The position numbers were made by a program, and so were the translations under genes. DNA of 64,000 bases from Dendrobates tinctorius. Taxonomy: Eukaryota. Below the pieces are notes generated by a model that was not told where the DNA came from, ran no database searches, and worked only from the letters and a program-made list of their open reading frames with translations. The DNA is taken from contig NW_027361863.1 in assembly GCF_039654945.1 (NCBI RefSeq), forward strand, positions 16,306,001 through 16,370,000, in the 5' to 3' direction. How positions within the stretch are numbered: position 1 is the first letter of the stretch; each line of letters opens with the position of its first letter. Below, one piece after another: positions 50,980-64,000 of the stretch.

Positions 50980-51234
50980 GTAAGGACGTGAGCAAAACAT
51001 TATATGCATATAATTATTAAAAGTATATTATATACGCTGGGTGACAACCGCCAATGGCCGCCTATAACAACGTCCATAAGGTCTGACACCCAACATGGAC
51101 ACACAACTATCAGCAGACATTATGTGGTCACATCCCTCCAAACTGCATTCATCCTGAGCTGGGGCAACTCCAACAACACATGACGGGTGACAACCACCAG
51201 TGACCACCATTACCCTGCACACAGAAGTTCTCAA

Positions 51235-54200
51235 GCTGCAAGACCCTCAACGTCACAGAAATTACCCACACCACAAGACCCTCAATACCATGTAAATGTT
51301 TTCTAACCCTGAGACCGTCAATGCCGCATAACTGCCCTTCACTTCTGAGACCCTCAATACCCTGTAAATGCCCCGCACTTCTGAGACCCTCAATGACAAG
51401 TATATGCACTCCAAAGACCCTCAATTTCACATAAATGCCCCACACTTCTGAGACCCTCAATGACAGGTAAATGCCCCGCACTCCCAAGACCCTCAATGAC
51501 AGGTAAATGCCCCGCACTCCCAAAACCCTCAATGACAAGTAAATGCCCCGCACTCCCAAGACCCTCAATGACAGGTAAATGCCCCGCACTCCCAAAACCC
51601 TCAATGACAAGTAAATGCCCTGCACTCCCAAGACCCTCAGTGACAGGTAAATGCCCTGCACTCCCAAGAAACTCAATGACAGGTAAATGCTTCGCACTCC
51701 AAGAACCCTCAATTACAGGTAAATGCCCACACTCCCGAGACCCTCAATTTCACATAAATGCCCCGCACTCCCGAGACCCTCAATGACAGGTAAATGCCTT
51801 GCACTCCCGTGACCCTCAATGACAGATAAATGCCCCGCACTCCCGAGAACCTCAATGACAGGGAAATACCCCACACTCCCGAGAACCTCAATGACAGGGA
51901 AATGCCGCACACTCCCAAGAAACTCAATGACAGGGAAATGCCCGCACTCCCGAGACCATCAATGACAGGTAAATGCCCCGCACTCCCGAGACCATCAATG
52001 ACAGGTAAATGCCCCGCACTCCCGAGACCATCAATGACAGGTAAATGCCTTGCACTCCCGAGACCCTCAATGACAGGTAAATACCCCGCACTCCCAAGAA
52101 ACTCAATGGCAGGTAAATGCCCCACACTCCCGAGACCCTCTATGACGGGAGTGCGAGGCATTTACCTGAGACCCTCAATGACAGGTAAATGCCCCGAGAC
52201 CCTCAATGACAGGTAAATACCCCGCACTCCCGAGACCCTCAATGACAGGTAAATGCCCCACACTCCCGAGACCCTCAATGACAGGGAAATGCCCGCACTC
52301 CCAAGAAACTCAATGACAGGTAAATGCCCCGCACTCCCAAGACCCTCAATGACAGGTAAATGCCTCGCACTCCCAAGACCCTCAATGACAGATAAATGCC
52401 CCGCACTCCCAAAACCCTCAATGACACATAAATGCCCCGCACTCCCGAGACCCTCAATGACAGGTAAATGCCCTGCACTCCCCAGAAACTCAAAGACAGG
52501 TAAATGCCCCGCACTCCCAAAACCCTCTATGACAGGTAAATGCCTCGCACTCCCAAAACCCTCAATGACAGGTAAATGCCCCGCACTCCCGAGACCCTCA
52601 ATGACATGTAAATGCCCTGCACTCCCGAGACCCTCAGTGATAGGTAAATGCCCCACAGTCCCTAGACCCTCAGTGACAGGTAAATGCCCCGCACTCCCGA
52701 GACCCTCAATGACAGGGAAATGCCCCGCACTCCCGAGACCCTCAATGACAGGGAAATGCCCCGCACTCCCTAGACCCTCAATGACAGGGAAATGCCCCGC
52801 ACTCCCTAGACCCTCAGTGACAGGTAAATGCCCTGCACGCCCGAGACCCTCAGTGACAGGTAAATGCCCTGCACTCCCAAAACCCTCAGTGACAGGTAAA
52901 TGCCCTGCACTCCCAAAACCCTCAGTGACAGGTAAATGCCCTGCACTACCAAGAAACTCAATGACAGGTAAATGCTTCTCACTCCAGAAACCCTCAATGA
53001 CAAGTATATGCACTCCAAAGACCCTCAATTTCACATAAATGCCCCGCACTTCTGAGACCCTCAATGACAGGTAAATGCCTTGCAATCCCGTGACCCTCAA
53101 TGACAGGTAAATACCCCGCACTCCCGAGACCCTCAATGACAGGTAAATGCCCCGCACTCCCGAGACCATCAATGACAGGTAAATGCCTTGCACTCCCGTG
53201 ACCCTCAATGACAGGTAAATACCCCGCACTCCCGAGACCCTCAATGACAGGTAAATGCCCCGCACTCCCGAGACCCTCAATGACAAGTAAGTGCCTCGCA
53301 CTCCCGAGACCCTCAATGACAGGTAAATGCCCCGCACTCCCGAGACCCTCAGTGACAGGTAAATGCCCCGCACTCCCGAGACCATCAATGACAGGTAAAT
53401 GCCCCGCACTCCCGAGACCCTCAATGACAGGTAAGTGCCTCGCACTCCCGAGACCCTCAATGACAGGTAAATGCCCTGCACTCCCTAGACCCTCAATGAC
53501 AGGTAAATGCCTCGCACTCCCAAGACCCTCAATGACAGGTAAATGCCCCGCACTCCCAAGACCATCAATGACAGGTAAATGCCCCGCACTCCCGAGACCC
53601 TCAATGACAGGTAAGTGCCTCGCACTCTCTAGACCCTCAATGACAGGTAAATACCCCGCACTCCCAAGAAACTCAATGACAGGTAAATGCCCGCACTCCC
53701 GAGACCCTCAATTACAGGTAAATGCCCCGCACTCCCGAGACCCTCAGTGACAGGTAAATGCCCTGCACTCCCAAAACCCTCAGTGACAGGTAAATGCCTT
53801 GCACTCCAGAAACCCTCAATGACAGGTAAATGCCCGCACTCCCGAGACCCTCAATGACAGGGAAATGCCCCGCACTCCCAAAACCCTCAATGACAGGTAA
53901 ATGCCTCGCACTCCCGAGACCCTCAATGACAGGTAAATGACCGCACTCCCGAGACCCTCAGTGACAGGTAAGTGCCCCGCACTCCCGAGACTATCAATGA
54001 AACGTAAATGCCTCACACTCCCGAGACCCTCAATGACAGGTAAATGCCCGCACTCCCGAGACCCTCAATGACAGGGAAATGCCTGCACTCCCGAGACCCT
54101 CAATGACAGGTAAATGCCCCGCACTCCCGAGACCCTCAATGACAGGTAAATGTCCCGAGACCCTCAATGACAGGTAAATGCCCTGCACTCCCGAGACCCT

Positions 54201-55140
54201 CAATGACAGGTAAATGCCCCGAGACCCTCAATGACAGGTAAATGCCCTGCACTCCCGAGACCCTCAGTGACAGGTAAATGCCCCGCACTCCCGAGACCCT
54301 CAATGACAAGTAAGTGCCTCGCACTCCCGAGACCCTCAATGACAGGTAAATGCCCCGCACTCCCGAGACCCTCAGTGACAGGTAAATGCCCCGCACTCCC
54401 GAGACCATCAATGACAGGTAAATGCCCCGCACTCCCGAGACCCTCAATGACAGGTAAGTGCCTCGCACTCCCGTGACCCTCAATGACAGGTAAATGCCCC
54501 GCACTCCCGAGACCATCAATGACAGGTAAATGCCCCGCACTCCCGAGACCCTCAATGACAGGTAAATGCCCTGCACTCCCAAAACCCTCAGTGACAGGTA
54601 AATGCCCTGCACTCCCTAGACCCTCAATGACAGGTAAATGCCTCGCACTCCCAAGACCCTCAATGACAGGTAAATGCCCCGCACTCCCGAGACCATCAAT
54701 GACAGGTAAATGCCCCGCACTCCCGAGACCCTCAATGACAGGTAAGTGCCTCGCACTCTCTAGACCCTCAATGACAGGTAAATACCCCGCACTCCCAAGA
54801 AACTCAATGACAGGTAAATGCCCGCACTCCCGAGACCCTCAATTACAGGTAAATGCCCCGCACTCCCGAGACCCTCAGTGACAGGTAAATGCCCTGCACT
54901 CCCAAAACCCTCAGTGACAGGTAAATGCCTCGCACTCCAGAAACCCTCAATGACAAGTATATGCACTCCAAAGACCCTCAATTTCACATAAATGCCCCGC
55001 ACTTCTGAGACCCTCAATGACAGGTAAATACCCCGCACTCCCGAGACCCTCAATGACAGGTAAATGCCCTGCACTCCCGAGACCCTCAATGACAGGTAAA
55101 TACCCCGCACTCCCGAGACCCTCAATTACAGGTAAATACC
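51235..55140. repeat. 36 bp minisatellite in IFFO1 intron 1
   Basis: Unit gacaggtaaatgccccgcactcccgagaccctcaat, with higher-order block duplications. Confidence 0.95.
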
Positions 55141-55561
55141 CAGAATTTCTTTCTATCACTTGCGACCAGTTCTGTAGTTTCAGTATCATGTTCATGAATC
55201 AGGGGCCCCTGGATGAACATTACTAAAGGATTCTTCCAGAGTGGGAAATGCTGCAGGGCACGGGCCCAAAAAATGGGAATATAACTGGCAGCATTACCGT
55301 ATAGCAGAGCCTGTGTCTTATCCCGATAGCTATGAACTCCTGGGCCACAGAGCTCACACTCTACACACGAGCGTAAAGCACACAGAGGAGCCAGCACTGA
55401 TGGTGGCGTCATAAAGAAAGGCTATAAATCAAGCATTAAATATAAATTCTGACTGGTCGACTGCACCGTGGAAAAAGGGGACGACGAGGGGACAGCTCGT
55501 AATATGGCAGAAAAGTGCAGACGGAAACAGGGAGGTGATAGAAGAATGACTCACTGTTAAG

Positions 55562-55990
55562 GGGGACCTGTGGATGATGCATTGTTATGGGAAATCTGTG
55601 GATGATGCATTGTTATGGGGGATCTGTGGATGATACACTGTTGTGGCGGATCTGTGGGTGATGCATTGTTAGGGGGGATCTGTGGATGACGCCCTGTTAT
55701 GGGGGATCTGTGGATGACGCCCTGTTATGGGGGATCTGTGGATGACGCCCTGTTATGGGGGATCTGTGGATGACGCCCTGTTATGGGGGATCTGTGGATG
55801 ACGCCCTGTTACGGGGGATCTGTGGATGACGCCCTGTTATGGGGGATCTGTGGATGACGCCCTGTTATGGGGGATCTGTGGATGATGCCCTGTTATGGGG
55901 GATCTGTGGATGACTCCCTGTTATGGGGGATCTGTGGATGATGCCCTGTTATGGGGGATCTGTGGATGACGCCCTGTTATGGGGGGGGAT
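55562..55990. repeat. 28 bp minisatellite
   Basis: Unit gggggatctgtggatgacgccctgttat. Confidence 0.93.
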
Positions 55991-57339
55991 CCTGGTATTA
56001 TACAGTGATGATGAGTGAAGGGGTCTGGTGGTCTCCCCCTCCTCAGTGCAGGCTCTGCAGTATTTCTGGTTGGCGATGGGAATTGACTACTAATAACTTG
56101 TATCAGTGGAGTCCGTCCTTAAAGTGACGGCGCGTTCCTCAGTGATGTCCTCAATTCCTGGTTAATTTATAGACTGTTATCTAATGAATGAAGGACACAA
56201 TGACAGCTGCCATGTGTGATGAGGATGGCTGATGGGGCGAGTGGGGGAAGGTCGGGGGTTCAGCTAATACAATATTTTACGTTTCACAAGATGGTAAATC
56301 GGGTGGAAGAGAGAATGACTGCAGGGTCAGACTACTGGACACGGAGGTGGTAGTCTGTATTTATGGTAATTCATTGGTCTGCATTGGAGCTGTATACACA
56401 AAACAGTAGGAGAATTTATATCAAGGCCGTTAGCAAAAATCATTTATTCTGTAATTCATTAGGATAAAATGAAAAAAAAACAAACAATTTTAGTAGTGTT
56501 CATAATATACATATAGACAAGATTCTATAAAAGCTGAATTAAAGGGATTATCACAAAAGAAACAATTATCAAACATAAGTCACTGTAACCATAAAATTAT
56601 TATACAACTCATTTTATAGCCGTAACATTAAGAGACAATCCGCAGTTCGCCTTTCTACAGTGATCCTCACAGGATACTATTCTTGCCTCCTGCAGCCACC
56701 ACTAGAGGGAGCTCTCAATAAACTGTAAGTCCTAAGTTCCCCCTAGTGGAGACAGACAGAACTTTTTATAGCTGTGAGACAAGAAGCAGGGGATTTGGTT
56801 CTCTGTATCAGAGAAGCTGAGCTATGGCGTCTATAAAGGTACGGACATGGGCCCTTGGGTGCTCCGCGACCTTACAGTATATTTTATACTAGCAAAGCTT
56901 ATTCCTGCGCACAACGCGATGACACATCGACAGCCTCTAAAAAAAAAAGCTTGCAAACGGCTGAGTTCCCTGAAGGCTGTAAATCAGAATATTAATTGTT
57001 TTATTCTACAGATCATGTTTCTTCTTTACTACATTTGTGACTTGTGATGGGTCCAGACAAGAAGGTCGCCTCTTCACTGCACAAAAATGTCAGCATTGCC
57101 CCCGGCCCTAACGTTTCTATGTAGGTAAATAACCGCAAATTGACCTTGTAGGCAGTGACTAAAATCCCATAGGCCCCTGGGCAAAATTTTAAAAGTTCAG
57201 TCCCCCCACACTAGCATGTTATCAGATGCTGGGCCCCAGTAGAGTTGATCGCCTGTGTTAGCCGCCCACAAAAAAAAATACTAATACTATATATATATAA
57301 ATCTGACAGAAAATAATCTTATGATCATGTACCAATATT

Positions 57340-58240
57340 ACCACATACTAGACAAAATAATGCCACCACACCATGACCATGTATTACCACCATATAGTGT
57401 TTGCATATTACCACCGTCCTGTTACTGAGCAAGACAGAGTATACCAAGACCAATCTACAATAATACCACATACGAGACAAATAATGCCGCCACACCATGA
57501 CCTTGTATTACCCCCATATAGTGTTTGCATATTACCTCCATCCTGTTACTGAGCAAAACAGAGTATACCACATGCGAGACAAATAATGCCGCCACACCAT
57601 GACCATGTATTACCACCATATAGTGTTTGCATATTACCTCCATCCTGTTACTGAGCAGAACAGAGTATACCAAGACCAATCTACAATAATACCACATGTG
57701 AGACAAATAATGTCGCCACACCATGACCATGTATTACCACCATATACTGTTTGCATATTACCTCCATCCTGTTACTGAGCAAAACAGAGTATACCAAGAC
57801 CAATCTACAATAATACCACATGCGAGACAAATAATGTCGCCACACCATGACCATGTATTACCACCATATAGTGTTTGCATATTACCTCCATCCTGTTACT
57901 GAGCAAAACAGAGTATACCAAGACCAATCTACAATAATACCACATGCGAGACAAATAATGCCGCCACACCATGACCGTGTATTACCACCATATAGTGTTT
58001 GCATATTACCTCCATCCTGTTACTGAGCAAAACAACAGTATACCAAGACCAATCTGCCAATAATACCACATACGAGACAAATAATGTCGCCACACCATGA
58101 CCATGTATTACCACCATATATAGTGTTTGAATATTACCTCCGTCCTGTTACTGAGCAGAACAGAGTATACCAAGATCAATCTACAATAATACCACATACA
58201 AGACAAATAATGCCGCCACATCATGACCATGTATTACCAA
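57340..58240. repeat. Tandem repeat of about 124 bp
   Basis: About 7 copies of gacaaataatgccgccacaccatgacc...ccacatgcga. Confidence 0.9.
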
Positions 58241-60143
58241 CACATAAAAACCTAATAATAACACCACGCTGATTATTAATAAAAGACACAATACAAACAC
58301 TAGAATTATCCTCATACAATGACCCTATGGTGGCAGGTATTAGTCTATACAGTAGAGGTAACCCCAGATGCTCACCAATTGAAATAATTATTCTATGCTT
58401 TTCTTCTTCATCCAGCGCAGACCGCTATAATGACTTCTTCCATTGAGATCTCTGCAAAATATAACACAAATATCAATGGTTGATCATTTCCAGAGCACCC
58501 GCCACACATTACCCCCCAATACTACAGTCATAATAACTCCCTTCTGTCTCACAGTAACACAACACTGTTAATGATGTTCCCCTATGTGACCTCCATACAG
58601 TAGTGATATTTATGTCCCCTGTGTGCCCAAATACTGTTGAATTTCCTTTACTGTGGGCCTCATAAAAGTGGTATTATCTCCCCCTACAGGTGTAGAGTCC
58701 ACCTTTGTGGCCCTGATATAGTAGTGATACTCCTATTTGTGCCCCCCCATACAGTAATAAAGTAATCATGTCCCCCTATCTGGCCCCAATATAGTTAAAA
58801 TGTCCCCCATATATTACTAGTACCTCTCTGTGCCATCCATTGTGCCGCCATGGTCTGCCACCACAATGTTCCACTACTATAAAAAAAACAAAAACAACCA
58901 AATCTCGCACTTGTCCCCAGTCTCATGCCTAGCGGCTCTGTTTTCTTCCTCTTTTCGGCGGGCTGACTGCTCCGCAGGTACTGTACAGTCGCAGGCCTCT
59001 GGCGGCAAAGCACGCCGGCGTCACAGGTGTAATAACATCTTGTCTGCGTCGTGTTGCAGGACCCCCCACGACATTGACATAGCGCCAGTGTGCTCTGTAC
59101 GTAGCGGCCGGCAGTGATTGTAGAGTTACTGTGGAGCAGGGAGCCAGTGGCTCTCTGCACCACAATGGATTTCATCTGGAATTGTGATAGTTGTGCCCCT
59201 GTTTGTAGGAAAGGAAAGCAAAAAAAATGACACCCTCAAGAGTTAACTCTTTTCTTTTTCTTGCTAGTTGATTCCAAACAAATATTGAAAAGTTACACAA
59301 TTTACCAGTATAATTTCTTTACCAATTTCTCACAATATTCAAGAAGATCTCTGCTTGCGGTCTCTCAATAGGAACCTTCTTTTCTTACCTCCAATGGATA
59401 CAAATGTGTCCCGGCCATGTGATGGACACTCAGCTGTAACGCATTTCAGTCTCCTGAAGGTGACCAATAGATGACAGCAAGCAGAGATATTGACATTAGA
59501 AAATGATTTAGAAATATAATATAAAGAAGATTTCTTTGCTGACCCTGGGATATTCCTGTTATGTCTTAGTCTATGGCGGTCATATATGTGGATGATGCAC
59601 ATGATATTGTCTTTTCTCCGGATAACCTCTGAGTCACCTGAACATTGGAGATGCCGGATGTATCATAAAGCTTCTGGCAATGGTCTCCTTTCTGCGGATT
59701 TGGAAGTTTTCCTAACATCTACCACCACTTACAGTCTTTCGTCATCCTGCACCAGGACTGTGCTCGACTTTTCTGATTCACTGACTGCAAGCAGAGATCT
59801 TGAAAATAGTGAGGAACGGATACACAAAATCTGAGAGTTATGGAACTATTATGCACAGAACAAATAAATGCTATGGACACCATTCACTTGATAAAAAATT
59901 ATTTTTACATAGGTTAGTGGCTAGTTTTAGTTACTAAAATTGTACCAAGTTTCAGTATGCAATCTTGATATCTAAATTCATTTTTCGTACCCCGATATGG
60001 ATTCGGCAGCCTGATCAAAGTTTCAGATTTTTTTCTTTCGGTAGGGACTCTCCCAGTAATATAGGCTGGATGTGAGGTCTGTGTGTCTCTTCCAGTAATA
60101 TAGGCTGGATGTGAACTTTGTGTTTGTAGCTTCCAGTAATATA

Positions 60144-61772
60144 CAGTTGTGGCCAAAAGTATTGACACCCCTGCAATTCTGTCAGATAATACTCAGTTTC
60201 TTCCTGAACATGATTGCAAACACAAATTCTTTGGTATTATTATCTTCATTTAATTTGTCTTAAATGAAAAAAAACACAAAAGAGAATGAAGCAAAAAGCA
60301 AAACATTGATCATTTCACACAAAACTCCAAAAATGGGCCAGACAAAAGTATTGGCACCCTCAGCCTAATACTTGGTTGCACAACCTTTAGCCAAAATAAC
60401 TGCGGCCAACCGCTTCCGGTAACCATCAATGAGTTTCTTACAATGCTCTGCTGGAATTTTAGACCATTCTTCTTTGGCAAACTGCTCCAGGTCCCTGATA
60501 TTTGAAGGGTGCCTTCTCCAAACTGCCATTTTTAGATCTCTCCACAGGTGTTCTATGGGATTCAGGTCTGGACTCATTGCTGGCCACCTTAGAAGTCTCC
60601 AGTGCTTTCTCTCAAACCATTTTCTAGTGCTTTTTGAAGTGTGTTTTGGGTCATTGTCCTGCTGGAAGACCCATGACTTCTGAGGGAGACCCAGCTTTCT
60701 CACACTGGGCCCTACATTATGCTGCAAAATTTGTTGGTAGTTTTCAGACTTCATAATGCCATGCACACGGTCAAGCAGTCCAGTGCCAGAGCAAAGCAAC
60801 CCCAAACATCAGGGAACCTCCGCCATGTTTGACTGTAGGGACCGTGTTCTTTTCTTTGAATTTTTTTTTCTCCTCTAAACTCTATATTGATGCCTTTGCC
60901 CAAAAAGCTCTACTTTTGTCTCATCTGACCAGAGAACATTCTTCCAAAACGTTTTAGGCTTTTTCAGGTAAGTTTTGGCAAACTCCAGCCCGGCTTTTTT
61001 ATGTCTCTGGGTAAGAAGTGGGGTCTTCCTGGGTCTCCTACCATACGGTCCCTTTTCATTCAGACGCCGACGGATAGTACAGGTTGACACTGTTGTACCC
61101 TCGGACTGCAGGGCAGCTTGAACTTGTTTGGATGTTAGTCGAGGTTCTTTATCCAACATCCGCACAATCTTGCGTTGAAATCTCTTGTCAATTTTTCTTT
61201 TCCGTCCACATCTAGGGAGGTTAGCCACAGTGCCACGGGCTTTAAACTTCTTGATGACACTGCGCACGGTAGACACAGGAACATTCAGGTCTTTGGAGAT
61301 GGACTTGTAGCCTTGAGATTGCTCATGCTTCCTCACAATTTGGTTTCTCAAGTCCTCAGACAGTTCTTTGGTCTTCTTTCTTTTCTCCATGCTCAATGTG
61401 GTACACACAAGGACACAGTACAGAGGTTGAGTCAACTTTAATCCATGTCAACTGGCTGCAAGTGTGATTTAGTTATTGCCAACACCTGTTAGGTGCCACA
61501 GGTAAGTTACAGGTGCTGTTAATTACACAAATTAGAGAAGCATCACATGATTTTTCGAACAGTGCCAAAACTTTTGTCCACCCTCTTTTTTATGTTTGTT
61601 GTGGAATTATATCCAATTTGGCTTTAGGACAATTCTTTTTGTGTTTATTCATTTAAGACAATTTAAATGAAGATAATAATACCAAAGAATTTGTGTTTGC
61701 AATCATTTTCAGGAAGAAACTGAGTATTATCTGACAGAATTGCAGGGGTGTCAATACTTTTGGCCACAACTG
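60144..61772 (-). mobile_element. Tc1 DD34E transposon with long TIRs
   Basis: ta|cagttgtggccaaaagtattg ... caatacttttggccacaactg|ta, inserted in a TA of the minisatellite. Confidence 0.93.
60365..61390 (-). pseudogene. DD34E transposase, frameshifted near 60800-60880
   Basis: MEKRKKTKELSEDLR..., WSDETK, FQQDNDPKH, SPDLNPIE with 34-residue spacing. Confidence 0.9.
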
Positions 61773-62277
61773 TAGACTAGATGTGAGCTCTGTGTGTCTC
61801 GACATGTAACATAGGCTGGATGTGAGGTTTGTGTGTCTCTCCCAGTAATATAGGCTGGATATGAGCTCTGTGTATCTCTACCAGTAATATAGGCTGGATG
61901 TGTCTCTCCCAGTAATATAGGCTGGATGTGAGCTCTGTGTATCTCTACCAGTAATATAGGCTGGATGTGTCTCTCCCAGTAATATAGGCTGGATGTGAGG
62001 TCTGTGTGTCTAACCCAGTAATATAGGCTGGATGTGAGGTCTTTGTGTCTCTCCCAGTAATATAGGCTGGATGTGAGCTGTCTATCCCAGTATTATAGGC
62101 TGGATGTGTGAGCTCTGTGTATCTCTCCAAGTAATATAGGCTGGATGTGAACTTTGTGTTTGTAGCTTGCAGTAATATAATAATAATCTTTATAATAATA
62201 ATGTTTATTTATATAGCGCCAACATATTCCACAGCGCTTTACAGTTGAACAGTTTCAAACACAACAGTCATAAGTAA

Positions 62278-62673
62278 AGGGCATGTCACACTAAGCGATA
62301 TCGCTAGCAATATCGCTATAACTTGTGACGTTATAGCGATATTGCTAGCGATATCGCTGTGTCTGATACTTACCTACGACCGGCTCCCCCGCTGGTTATC
62401 GCTGATCGTGCGAGAACGTCCTGGACTGTTTCTCGTCATCAGCTTCCTGCGGCGCTTCCTGCTGTGACGACGAGCGACGCGTGGAGGCGGGCGGGAGGAC
62501 GCAGGATCGCCTCGTCTGACAGGTAAGTAGCGATCCCTGTCCCCAGCGATGTCGCTGGTGAGATCTGCCTGTGTGGCAGCTCACTAGCGACCACTTAGCG
62601 ATGTACCAGCGATCCTGACCGCGTCATATCGCTGGTCGGGATCGCTGGTACATCGCTAAGTGTGACAGTACCT
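62278..62673 (-). mobile_element. Harbinger-type MITE (family of 19459-19772)
   Basis: TAA duplication at 62275-62277 and 62674-62676; matching empty site at about 63308-63320. Confidence 0.88.
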
Positions 62674-64000
62674 TAACAACATTAACAATACAATAATTAA
62701 AGTGAAATAAGACGACCCTGCTCGTGGGAGCTTACAATCTACAATGAGATGGGGGAGATACAAAGCACAGGTTTGTATTTACAATGATGGTCCAGTCATC
62801 TTCAGGGGCTGGATGTGAGCTATGTGTGTCTCTCCCAGTAATATAGGCTGGATGTGAGCTCTGTCTATCCCAGTATTATAGGCTGGATGTGTGAGCTCTG
62901 TGTATCTCTCCAAGTAATATAGGCTGGATGTGAGGTCTGTGTGTCTTACCCAGTAATATAGGCTGGATGTGAGGTCTGTGTGTCTAACCCAGTAATATAG
63001 GCTGGATGTGAGGTCTGTGTGTCTCTCCCAGTAATATAGGCTGGATGTGAGGTCTTTGTGTCTCTCCCAGTAATATAGGCTGGATGTGAGCTCTGTCTAT
63101 CCCAGTAATATAGGCTGGATGTGAGCGCTGTCTATCCCAGTATTATAGGCTGGATGTGTGAGCTCTGTGTATCTCTCCAAGTAATATAGGCTGGATGTGA
63201 ACTTTGTGTTTGTAGCTTGCAGTAATATAATAATAATCTTTCTTTATTTGTATAGCGCCAACATATTCCGCAGCGCTTTACAGTTGAACAGTTCAAACAC
63301 AACCATCATAAGTAACAACGTTAACAATACAATAATTAAAGCGAAATAAGACGACCCTGCTCGTGGGAGCTTACAATCTACAATGAGGTGGGGGAGATAC
63401 AAAGCACAGGTTTGTTTTTACAATGATGTATTTACAATGATGGTCCAGCCATCTTCAGGGGCTGGATGTGACCTCTGTGTGTCTATCCCAGTATTATAGG
63501 CTGGATGTGTGAGCTCTGTGTATCTCTCCAAGTAATAAAGGCTGGATGTGAACTTTGTGTTGGTAGCTTCCAGTAATATAGGCTGGATGTGAGCTCTGTC
63601 TATCCCAGTATTATAGGCTGGATGTGTGAGCTCTGTGTGTCTCTCCCAGTATTATAGGCTGGATGTGGGCTCTGTGTGTCTCTCTCAGTAATATGGGCTG
63701 GATGTGATGTTTGTGCATTTCTCCCAGTAATACAGGTTCAGTGCGAGTTCTGTGTCTCACTCCCAGTAATACAAGCTGGATGTAAGGTTTGAATGTTTAT
63801 TCCAGTATCTATCTTGTTTATATAGGCTGGATATGTTTTCTTCTTGACTAGAAGTGACACTTTTTGTTTTTCTTAGTTATATAAGCAAGATGTGAGGTTT
63901 GTGTAGCTCTTCCATTAATATAGGCTGGATGTGAGATCGGTGTATCTCTCCCAGTAATATAGGCTCTATGTGAGGTCCATGTTTCTCTTATAGTAATATA

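Larger units (their letters stand above)
60048..64000. repeat. Minisatellite of about 39 bp, interrupted by Tc1, L2-tail and MITE insertions
   Basis: Unit ccagtaatataggctggatgtgaggtctgtgtgtctctc. Confidence 0.9.

Noticed and set aside
51149-55226. Long ORFs on both strands (MTGKCPALPRPS repeats, 439 aa antisense)
   Set aside because: By-product of a stop-poor 36 bp unit; frames break wherever unit length varies.

Overview
Vertebrate genomic DNA, most likely anuran (frog) judging by its repeat families, not a prokaryotic locus. Three + strand genes lie in the conserved order CHD4-NOP2-IFFO1: the last four coding exons of CHD4, the complete NOP2 gene (16 coding exons, 798 aa by my splicing) and exon 1 of IFFO1. 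The rest is mostly repeats: two full-length but mutated DIRS1-type tyrosine-recombinase retrotransposons in CHD4 and NOP2 introns, four Tc1-family elements (one DD38E with an almost intact transposase), nested TTAA- and TWA-targeting MITEs, L2, Penelope and V-SINE fragments, and several large minisatellites. The most notable observations are: (1) a conserved ATGACTCG junction in both DIRS copies, where the gag stop is in frame with the long YR-frame ORF and one base off the ATG-less pol ORF, suggesting one three-way recoding site; (2) tandem hairpin cassettes, an internal copy of the terminal motif and a conserved splice donor in the DIRS 5' leaders; (3) the NOP2/P120 minor-spliceosome intron, classically AT-AC, present here as GT-AG; (4) an expanded SPxK repeat tail on NOP2; (5) a 3.9 kb array of decoy 5' splice sites in IFFO1 intron 1. 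All coordinates were read by eye, and transposon boundaries may be off by a few bases.
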